Shown here: positions 1 to 6,101 of the stretch, piece by piece
Position numbering within the stretch: the stretch's first letter is position 1
Layout: every line of letters begins with the position of its first letter
IMG/VR virus record: IMGVR_UViG_2778261593_000001
Coordinates: 1 to 6,904 of that record
Length of the DNA stretch: 6,904 nt
DNA from: a virus
Taxonomy: Duplodnaviria > Heunggongvirae > Uroviricota > Caudoviricetes
Reading direction: 5' to 3' (one strand)
Program-made: the position numbers and the translations under genes
Notes under the pieces: model-generated
The model's database searches: none
What the model was told of the DNA's origin: nothing
What the model saw: only the letters and a program-made list of their open reading frames with translations

Positions 1-2
1 TA

Positions 3-140
3 ATCAGTGACGAAGACAGGGAGAAGCTGAAAGCGTACCGCATTTACGCGAAATCGCTGCAGGCGATGGATTTCAGCGCTATTACGGATAAGACCACTTA
101 CAACAATATTAGCTGGCCTGAGCAGCCACAAAATACCTGA
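3..140 (+). CDS. Tail fiber assembly chaperone (Tfa / P2 gpG-like), C-terminal fragment; 5' end lies upstream of the window
   Basis: Frame-3 reading is open from the window edge to TGA at 138-140 and translates to ISDEDREKLKAYRIYAKSLQAMDFSAITDKTTYNNISWPEQPQNT. The KxYR...D.S...I.WPE.P pattern matches the conserved C-terminus of lambda Tfa-type chaperones as I recall it (lambda Tfa ends ...[29 protein letters not shown]). Position immediately upstream of the sheath gene matches P2 gene G. No start codon or RBS can be seen because the gene is truncated. Confidence 0.45.
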   Translation: MSDEDREKLKAYRIYAKSLQAMDFSAITDKTTYNNISWPEQPQNT

Positions 141-158
141 AAAAGAAGTTAATCATCT

Positions 159-181
159 GACCGCCTGAGGGCGGTTTTTTT
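159..181 (+). terminator. Putative rho-independent terminator after the Tfa-like gene
   Basis: GC stem ccgcc (161-165) / ggcgg (170-174) with loop tgag, extendable by an A-T and a G-U pair, followed directly by a run of seven T (175-181). It sits 19 nt after the upstream stop codon. Confidence 0.55.
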
Positions 182-194
182 ATGGGAGAAATGT

Positions 195-1670
195 ATGTCC
201 GGATTACATGGTGTTGAAACCATTGAACTGACGACAGGCACGGTTGCCGTGCAGACCATCTCCACGGCAGTGATTGGCCTGGTGGGGACAGCGCCGGACG
301 CCTCTGGTGGTGTGTGCGCTTCCGGCACAGCCGGCTCCTGGCTGCTGGGAACGGCGCTGGATTTCACGGCGAAACAGGAAGGTCGGGCCGGTAATAAGAT
401 TTCGGTTGTTGCTGTGGCTGCCACAGAACAAAATGCGCAGACAGTGGCCTCGCTGAAAGGTACGACCCTGACGATAACACTGGGGACGGACGAACACAGC
501 CAGGTTAACGCCACGGCGGACCGTGTGACTGAAGTGGTGAATGCGCTGGGGGATTCGCCTGTGACGGCGGCTGTCAGCACCCTGAATGCAGGAGACGCTG
601 AAAATAAAGTGGTGTTGCCGTTCAGCCTGACGTTATCCGGCGGAGAAGATGAGGCGTTCCCGGTCAATACACCAGTGGTGGTGGCAGGGGCCATTACTCA
701 GGCCGGGAAACTGGGCACAGCCGGAACATTATACCCGGCCCTGCGAGATATTTTTGACCAGACTGGGGCGCTGGTGATTGTGGTGCGCGCAGAAAGTAAA
801 ACAAAGGCGAAAGAGGCCGAACAGCGTGCGGCGGTGATTCAGGCCATGGAGGCGCTGACAGAAAGTAAGGGCGTGACAGGCTATCAACCGCGCATCCTCA
901 TCGCCACGGGGTACAGTGAGGATGATGGCGTGGCAAAGGCGCTGGAAACGTATGCCGCGAAGTTGCGGGCTGTGGCCTATATTGACTCGTCCTCAATGGC
1001 AACGCCGCAGGATGTGGTTCAGCGGCGCGCGTCATTTGGCGGACGTGTGGAGCTGCTGCGTCCGCGCGTGTCAGTGACGGATGACAGCGGGCAAACGGTA
1101 TTTCGTCCATATTCGGCTCGTGCTGCCGGGCTGCGTGCCCGTATTGATTATGAAAAAGGGTGGTGGTGGTCCAAATCAAACCAGGACGTGATGAATATCA
1201 CCGGTCTGGAGCAGGTGGATACGTTTATTCTCGGGGAGCAGAACTGCACGGCAAACCTGCTGAACATGGAAAATATCTCCACCATTATTCGCCATGACGG
1301 TTTTAAACACTGGGGTAACCGTCTGTGCACATCCCACAGTCAGTGGCGCTTTGAACCGGTACGTCGCACTGCAGATGTGATTGAGGACAGTATCCAGGAG
1401 GCCATGTTGCCTTATGTCGATCGCCCGCTTGATCGGGATGTGGCAGACGACATTCTTGGCAGCATTAATGCCTATATGCGTCAGCTTAAAAATCTGGGTG
1501 CGATCCACGGTGGCAGCGCCTGGCTGAATGATGAACTGAATACAGCAGAAACCCTGGCGGCAGGGCAGTTGTATATCGATTATGACTTTGGGCCGAAGTC
1601 ACCACTGGAGCGCCTGACACTGCGGGCAATGATTAACAATAAACTGGCGCTGGAGGAACTGACGGTATGA
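195..1670 (+). CDS. Contractile tail sheath protein (P2 gpFI family), 491 aa
   Basis: Complete ORF with SD-like GGGAG at 184-188, 6 nt before ATG 195. N-terminus MSGLHGVETIELTTGTVAVQTISTAVIGLVGTAPDA and internal motifs (GYQPRILIATG, ARAAGLRARIDYEKGWWWSKSN, RHDGFKHWGNRLCT, AETLAAGQLYIDYDFGPKSPLERLTLR) match the P2 FI sheath as I recall it ([37 protein letters not shown]..., [63 protein letters not shown]). Confidence 0.9.
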   Translation: MSGLHGVETIELTTGTVAVQTISTAVIGLVGTAPDASGGVCASGTAGSWLLGTALDFTAKQEGRAGNKISVVAVAATEQNAQTVASLKGTTLTITLGTDEHSQVNATADRVTEVVNALGDSPVTAAVSTLNAGDAENKVVLPFSLTLSGGEDEAFPVNTPVVVAGAITQAGKLGTAGTLYPALRDIFDQTGALVIVVRAESKTKAKEAEQRAAVIQAMEALTESKGVTGYQPRILIATGYSEDDGVAKALETYAAKLRAVAYIDSSSMATPQDVVQRRASFGGRVELLRPRVSVTDDSGQTVFRPYSARAAGLRARIDYEKGWWWSKSNQDVMNITGLEQVDTFILGEQNCTANLLNMENISTIIRHDGFKHWGNRLCTSHSQWRFEPVRRTADVIEDSIQEAMLPYVDRPLDRDVADDILGSINAYMRQLKNLGAIHGGSAWLNDELNTAETLAAGQLYIDYDFGPKSPLERLTLRAMINNKLALEELTV

Positions 1671-2185
1671 TTACGGGTGAAAAAAAACTGTTGCGCGCAT
1701 GGGCGTTATTTCTTCCTGGCGGGATCCGCCTTCAGGGTGCGCATGAATACACGCCGCCTGCCATTAATATCACGACAGTGGATATCAAAACCGGCGCAAT
1801 GGATGCACCGGTGGCAGTGGATGACGGCATGGAAGCGCTGACCTGTTCGTTTAAGATTTATGGTTATGATGTTGCCATGCTTACGCTGCTGGGATTGCAG
1901 GCCGGGCTTTATTCGCCGGAGATTGTTGTGCGCCAGGCTTATCAGGTGGGAAATGCGACCAGCGGACTGGTGGAAACTCTGCAGGGGATGATCACCAGTA
2001 TCACGCCGGATGCACGTCCGGCAACATCACAGGCAGAGGCTTCGGTGACGGTGGAAATGTCGCTGAGTTATTACCGTCAGGCTGTCGACGGTCTGGAAAC
2101 CATCTGTATTATTCCGGAGGAATTTGTACGTCGTATTAACGGCGTTAATGTTCTGTCGGATCTGAAAAAAATCATCCGGGTTTAA
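1667..2185 (+). CDS. Tail tube protein (P2 gpFII family), 172 aa
   Basis: ATG overlaps the sheath stop (ATGA at 1667-1670), with GGAGGA at 1652-1657 nine nt upstream. The size and the position directly after the sheath gene fit a tube protein, and the translation (KKLLRAWALFL..., EALTCSFKIYGY, YYRQAVDGLETICIIPEEFVRRINGVN) resembles the P2 FII pattern as I recall it. Confidence 0.85.
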   Translation: MITGEKKLLRAWALFLPGGIRLQGAHEYTPPAINITTVDIKTGAMDAPVAVDDGMEALTCSFKIYGYDVAMLTLLGLQAGLYSPEIVVRQAYQVGNATSGLVETLQGMITSITPDARPATSQAEASVTVEMSLSYYRQAVDGLETICIIPEEFVRRINGVNVLSDLKKIIRV

Positions 2186-2204
2186 TCCGGGTATCCTGTC
2201 ATTC

Positions 2205-2229
2205 AGGCGGCTCAGGCCGCCTTTTTTTT
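2205..2229 (+). terminator. Rho-independent terminator or attenuator between the tube and chaperone genes
   Basis: Perfect 7-bp GC-rich stem aggcggc (2205-2211) / gccgcct (2216-2222) with loop tcag, followed by eight T (2222-2229). It lies 19 nt after the tube stop and ends just before the SD of the next gene. Confidence 0.7.
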
Positions 2230-2240
2230 AGGAGATGCTT

Positions 2241-2543
2241 ATGTCGGAAAAAAACAGTGTTCCTGCCAGCTGCGTGGAAATTGTGTTATCCGTGCCGTAT
2301 GTCACCGCATCAGGACAGACGATCACGCACGTCACCATGCGTGCGCCCACCGTCCGCGATCGTCTGTTGCATCGCCGGAGTACCAAACCGGAAGCAGAGG
2401 CTGATCTGGATATGATTGCCGGTCTGTGCGGGATGGACGCGGCAGACATGATGAACATGGAAGCGTGTGATTACCTGGCCCTGGAGCGGCAGTTTAATGT
2501 TTTTTTGCTGCCGCCGGTCCGGCGGAAGAAGAAAACATCCTGA
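2241..2543 (+). CDS. Tail assembly chaperone (P2 gpE-like), 100 aa, zero-frame product
   Basis: AGGAG at 2230-2234 lies 6 nt before ATG 2241 (product MSEKNSVPAS...). The ORF track starts at ATG 2235, but that codon abuts the SD, so 2241 is preferred. A small acidic protein sitting between the tube and tape-measure genes is the canonical chaperone position. Confidence 0.75.
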   Translation: MSEKNSVPASCVEIVLSVPYVTASGQTITHVTMRAPTVRDRLLHRRSTKPEAEADLDMIAGLCGMDAADMMNMEACDYLALERQFNVFLLPPVRRKKKTS

Positions 2544-2680
2544 TGGCGATACGGCGTGCCGGAGTATGGTTCGGGTGGTCACCCGGAGATGTGATGGCAC
2601 TGCCGTATGAGGATTTTGTGGCAATAATGCTGGCAGAGGCGGAAGAGAGGAAGCAGTGTTATGGCAACGGTGGGCGATAA
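2241..2680 (+). CDS. Tail assembly chaperone frameshift product (P2 gpE+E'-like), about 146 aa, made by -1 ribosomal frameshift at 2501-2507
   Basis: Slippery heptamer T TTT TTG at 2501-2507 is in the X XXY YYZ register of the E frame. The -1 frame is open from 2507 to TAA at 2678-2680, adding AAAGPAEEENILMAIRRAGVWFGWSPGDVMALPYEDFVAIMLAEAEERKQCYGNGGR, and it overlaps the tape-measure start at 2661 by 20 nt. This is the conserved chaperone recoding architecture (P2 E/E', lambda G/GT). Confidence 0.65.
2501..2507 (+). other. -1 programmed ribosomal frameshift slippery heptamer TTTTTTG
   Basis: Seen directly: zero-frame codons GTT TTT TTG at 2499-2507. A 5-bp GC stem ccgcc (2511-2515) / ggcgg (2521-2525) begins 3 nt downstream. 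Confidence 0.6.
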
Positions 2681-4313
2681 CCTCAGAGCAAATATCCGGA
2701 TCGGCGGCACTATTGATCCGTCGTGGAAAAAATCGACAGAGGGGCTGAAGCGAGGTCTGGCTGGTGCGACACAGGAAGTGGCACGCCTGACGCGTCAGCA
2801 GGATGTACTGAAGCGAAAAATTCAGGCTGGCGTACTGGCAGGGCAGGATATTACCGATCTGCGAAAGCAGTATGAAAAGCTGAAACGGAAAATCAATGAT
2901 GCTGCAGCGGAGCAGGAGCGATTTAATCGCCAGCTTGAACGGGCAGAGCGCCTGGAACGCTGGAAAGGACGGGCAGGGACATTTCTTAAAACCGGACTCG
3001 GGCTCTCTGTTGGTTCCGGGCTGACGCTGGCAGCAGGTGCCAGCGCGGTACTGAACCGGAATTCGGAAACGGCAGAGCGGGCAGGAATAGCCCGGAGTTA
3101 CGGGGTGGATTACGAAACCTATGCGGCGTGGGATTCACTGGGCCGTCAGATGGGGTTAAACGGCGAAAACATTGGTGATCTGTTTGAGGAATACCGGAAC
3201 AAGGTTTTTGACGATGATAATGGTGCCACGGACAAAGGAGCCATTCAGGAGGTATTCGGTAAACTGGGGCTGAAAGCGGGCGTAATGGCCGGAAAAAACA
3301 ACCAGGAACAGGTCGAATTTTTGTTTGATCGCTTACTGCAGGTGGAGAATGAGCAGCAGGCGGCGGGGATGGCAGATGCGCTGTTTGGGGGGGAGGCCAA
3401 TAAAATTCTGACCTGGATGCGTCTGTCAGGAAAAACCTTCCGGGAGCTTATCAGTGAGCAGAAACGCTATAACCTGGTGACAAAAGAAGGGGCTGATGGT
3501 GCAGTTCAGGGGCATGTGGCGCTGTCAAATTTCCGTAATGTTCTGAGTTCTTCCATTGATGACATCAGTGGGAAACTGGGTAAGGAGCTGGCACCACATA
3601 TTCAACAAGTGACGGATGATCTTGCGGCCTGGTTTAAGAATGGTGGACTTGAAAAAATCCGGGCATTTATCCGTGATGATGCCCTGCCGGCGCTGATCGA
3701 CATGGCTGCGTGGATGTGGAAATTCGGAAAAGTTCTTGCCGGAATAACGCAGAAAGCCATTGAGTGGGGGCTGGCGGATGATCCGCGAGAGGACCGACGA
3801 GAAGTGCTGGAATATCTGGCAAAAATGGGGTCGCCGGAGCTGGCGAGAGCGGTGGCGCAGAAAAACGGTCAGGGTGAATGGTTTGATGAACTTCTCAGGC
3901 AAAATCCGGACCTGACGAAACAGGTTGTACAGGCCTATAAAGACACTCGCGGTTATCTCCCATGGAATCATGACGATAAAAAGTTTGATGCATTTCTCGA
4001 CCCTTTGTTGGGACCGAAAGAAGAACCTGATTTTAAGGCGATAAAAGAGAAATCCCGCACCTACATTGACAGACTTCCTGCAGCAGATCAGGGGCAGGGT
4101 AATTCGGACCCTCTCTCGGCTCTTCAGTATACCCCCGGCAGTATCAGCCAGGTGGAAGTAAAACCCACGTATCAGATACGGGCGGAATTTAACATCACTC
4201 AGAAGCCCGGCGAGGATGCCGGACAACTGGCAGACAGGGTAACGAAAAATCTGGGAGATATTAATTTTGGTCAGCGTTCCCGCATGACCGATGGTGATGC
4301 ATTCTGGGGGTGA
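2661..4313 (+). CDS. Tail tape measure protein (P2 gpT-like), 550 aa
   Basis: Position directly after the frameshifted chaperone pair. The N-terminal region is charged and coiled-coil-like (LKRKIQAG...LRKQYEKLKRKINDAAAEQERFNRQLERAERLER). A Gly-rich hydrophobic segment GTFLKTGLGLSVGSGLTLAAGASAVL spans about aa 105-131 (nt 2973-3053), as is typical of tape measure proteins. RBS-like AGGAAG lies 8 nt upstream of ATG 2661. Confidence 0.8.
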   Translation: MATVGDNLRANIRIGGTIDPSWKKSTEGLKRGLAGATQEVARLTRQQDVLKRKIQAGVLAGQDITDLRKQYEKLKRKINDAAAEQERFNRQLERAERLERWKGRAGTFLKTGLGLSVGSGLTLAAGASAVLNRNSETAERAGIARSYGVDYETYAAWDSLGRQMGLNGENIGDLFEEYRNKVFDDDNGATDKGAIQEVFGKLGLKAGVMAGKNNQEQVEFLFDRLLQVENEQQAAGMADALFGGEANKILTWMRLSGKTFRELISEQKRYNLVTKEGADGAVQGHVALSNFRNVLSSSIDDISGKLGKELAPHIQQVTDDLAAWFKNGGLEKIRAFIRDDALPALIDMAAWMWKFGKVLAGITQKAIEWGLADDPREDRREVLEYLAKMGSPELARAVAQKNGQGEWFDELLRQNPDLTKQVVQAYKDTRGYLPWNHDDKKFDAFLDPLLGPKEEPDFKAIKEKSRTYIDRLPAADQGQGNSDPLSALQYTPGSISQVEVKPTYQIRAEFNITQKPGEDAGQLADRVTKNLGDINFGQRSRMTDGDAFWG

Positions 4314-4315
4314 AC

Positions 4316-4804
4316 ATGGTGGATTTGCTGGGCTGGGGCGTAAACCGGCTTGAACGTGAAGCATGGGATGCGGTGGGTTCATTAACGGATGTCGCCTCCC
4401 GCGTCATGCTGTCGTTTGGTGAGTTTGAATTCAGTATTGATACGGCGGCCTATAACGCCATGAAGCGCACTATGGAATGGCGATGGGATGAACAGCAGCT
4501 TATCGGAAAAAACGACCTGTTGCAGTATACCGGTAAGGGGGCCAGAACAATAACCCTTGAAGGCATGGTGCATGCGGGATTTCGTGACGGTGTGGGAATG
4601 GATGCCCTTGATACGCTGGTTCAGATGGTGGATGACAATCCGGCCCCGCAGTTACTGGTCTCAAGTACAGGCGATGTGATGGGGTATTTCGTGGCAACCG
4701 CCTATTCAGATAACACCACGTCCTTTCTTCCCGGCGGGGCGCCAAAGAACAAAACGTTCACACTGGAGCTGAAATACTATGGCGAAAAACTGGCGGACCA
4801 CTGA
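4316..4804 (+). CDS. Tail protein, P2 gpU-like, about 162 aa
   Basis: The ORF track calls a GTG start at 4310 overlapping the tape-measure stop (4311-4313). I prefer ATG 4316, which is preceded by GGGGGTGA, a good SD. Size and position (after the tape measure, before gpX and gpD homologs) match gpU. The family assignment is by synteny and size more than by a motif I can verify. Confidence 0.7.
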   Translation: MVDLLGWGVNRLEREAWDAVGSLTDVASRVMLSFGEFEFSIDTAAYNAMKRTMEWRWDEQQLIGKNDLLQYTGKGARTITLEGMVHAGFRDGVGMDALDTLVQMVDDNPAPQLLVSSTGDVMGYFVATAYSDNTTSFLPGGAPKNKTFTLELKYYGEKLADH

Positions 4805-4997
4805 CGGCGATATGCTGGATGACATCTGCCAGAGACACTATGGCAGCGCCGGACTTAACCAGTCACTGGCGGCGGTACTGGAAGCCAATCCCGGACTGGC
4901 TGACCTTGGTCCGGTATATCCGGCAGGTGTGGAAATCGTGTTGCCGGACTGGGTGTATGAACCGGAGGAAAAGGAGACGTTTCAGTTATGGGACTGA
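4779..4997 (+). CDS. Tail protein X (P2 gpX-like, LysM-like small tail protein), 72 aa
   Basis: Translation MAKNWRTTDGDMLDDICQRHYGSAGLNQSLAAVLEANPGLADLGPVYPAGVEIVLPDW aligns with P2 gpX as I recall it (MKTFALQGDTLDAICVRYYGRTEGVVETVLAANPGLAELGAVLPHGTAVELPD). It overlaps the gpU-like stop by 26 nt and the gpD-like start by 10 nt. Confidence 0.85.
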   Translation: MAKNWRTTDGDMLDDICQRHYGSAGLNQSLAAVLEANPGLADLGPVYPAGVEIVLPDWVYEPEEKETFQLWD

Positions 4998-6076
4998 ATG
5001 AGTATCAGCCGGATTTCAGCCTGACAGCAGAGGGTGAGGATATCACGAAGGCCATAAAGCGGGGGCTGGCTGAGCTGCGATATACCGATAATGGTGCTGC
5101 CACAAAGCGCTCCGATGAACTGATGATAACCCTGTTCAGTGAGACGATGGCGCTGCCACCAAAAGGCGCGGTATTAACGCTGGGGCTGGGATTCAACGGA
5201 AACCTGGTAAATAAAGGCAGTTTTACCGTCTGTCAGGTGGCAAGTGGAGGTCCTCCCCGCCGAATCACCATTTATGCCACCGCAGCCCCCATGAATGCGT
5301 CAAAACATGGCGCAGACGTGACCGCACTGAAAACCCGTGCGTTCAGCGATGTCTCGCTGGGTGACCTGGTGAAAACGATCGCCACTGAAAATAATCTGGT
5401 GGCACGGATCTCACCGGCGCTGGCAAAAATTCGTATTCCGTGGTTGATGCAGTCATCTGAATCGGATGCGTCCCTGCTTTCCAGGCTTGCTGGTTTGTAT
5501 GGTGCCACCAGTAAGCCAACGAACGGTTACTGGTTATTTCTGGAGTATGGCGCATCACAGAGCACAGGCGGCAGGGATGCTCCTGTAATGACCATCACGC
5601 CGGATATGGTGTCAGACTGGGATTACCGGGAGGGGGAGCGGCAGGGCGCATCCGGAAGCGGAAAAGGAACAACAAAAAAAGGGAAAGTGGGAGTCAGATA
5701 TTTTGACCCTCGCGACGGGCGAACGCGTGAATTTAAAGTGGATGTGGAGTCCACCGACAAGCGACATCCGTTCACTCAGCCGGATCAGGACACAGCAAAA
5801 CACTGCGCAGACTCCAAGGTTAAACGTGTACAGAAAGCCGGACGCCAGATGACGATAACACTGCCCTGCAGGCCCGCATTGTTGAAAGCTGGGGCGGAAA
5901 TGCGTTTTATCACGCAGGGTTTTGGGGTACGCGAGGATCATAACTGGCAGGCTGAGTCGGTGGAGTTTTCACTGGCACCGGGGCAGGGATTTACGCTGAA
6001 TCTGTCGCTGGCCACCGATATCTCCGCGAAAGGGAAAGCATCAGGGAAGAAAAAAGGCGTGAATTATTACGGTTAA
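4988..6076 (+). CDS. Baseplate hub / late control protein D (P2 gpD family), 362 aa
   Basis: ATG 4988 lies inside the 3' end of the gpX-like gene (translational coupling). Translation motifs ELRYTDNGAATKRSDELMITLFSE, LPPKGAVLTLGLGFNGNLVNKGSFTVCQV and ARISPALAKIRIPWLMQSSESDASLLSRLA match the Phage_GPD family pattern as I recall it for P2 gpD (...LTDNAGGKADELQITLSD..., ...SGLVNKGTFTVDQV..., ...APALAGI...LDQTNESDLHLLTRLA). Confidence 0.85.
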   Translation: MGLNEYQPDFSLTAEGEDITKAIKRGLAELRYTDNGAATKRSDELMITLFSETMALPPKGAVLTLGLGFNGNLVNKGSFTVCQVASGGPPRRITIYATAAPMNASKHGADVTALKTRAFSDVSLGDLVKTIATENNLVARISPALAKIRIPWLMQSSESDASLLSRLAGLYGATSKPTNGYWLFLEYGASQSTGGRDAPVMTITPDMVSDWDYREGERQGASGSGKGTTKKGKVGVRYFDPRDGRTREFKVDVESTDKRHPFTQPDQDTAKHCADSKVKRVQKAGRQMTITLPCRPALLKAGAEMRFITQGFGVREDHNWQAESVEFSLAPGQGFTLNLSLATDISAKGKASGKKKGVNYYG

Positions 6077-6101
6077 TGGTTTTCTGAATCAGGAAATAAA
6101 A

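Noticed and set aside
141-194. Possible accessory or defence cargo at the P2 Z/fun-equivalent hotspot between the Tfa-like and sheath genes
   Set aside because: The gap is only 54 bp and contains just a terminator-like hairpin and the sheath RBS, so there is no room for a gene.
149-694. 181-aa ORF on the minus strand, antisense to the 5' part of the sheath gene
   Set aside because: It lies entirely opposite a well-supported conserved sheath gene. Its translation is low-complexity (Ala/Thr/Ser/Pro/Val-rich), typical of antisense frames of GC-rich coding DNA, and it has no convincing RBS.
1680-1687. A8 homopolymer at the 5' end of the tube gene (and A7/A8 runs at 2248-2254 and near 5683-5690) as possible slippage or phase-variation tracts
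   Set aside because: They encode in-frame Lys codons (GAA AAA AAA) within conserved genes, and there is no alternative downstream frame that would yield a sensible product. More likely incidental.
2228-2624. Minus-strand ORFs 2228-2458 and 2310-2624, and the track's ATG 2235 start for the chaperone
   Set aside because: The minus-strand ORFs are antisense to the chaperone gene and its frameshift extension. ATG 2235 directly abuts the AGGAG SD with zero spacing, so ATG 2241 is the more plausible initiation codon.
3525-4382. 285-aa ORF on the minus strand, antisense to the 3' half of the tape-measure gene and the start of the gpU-like gene
   Set aside because: The translation is Arg/Phe/Cys/Ile-rich with no recognisable domain character. 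It overlaps two syntenic tail genes on the opposite strand, so it is most likely a chance open frame.
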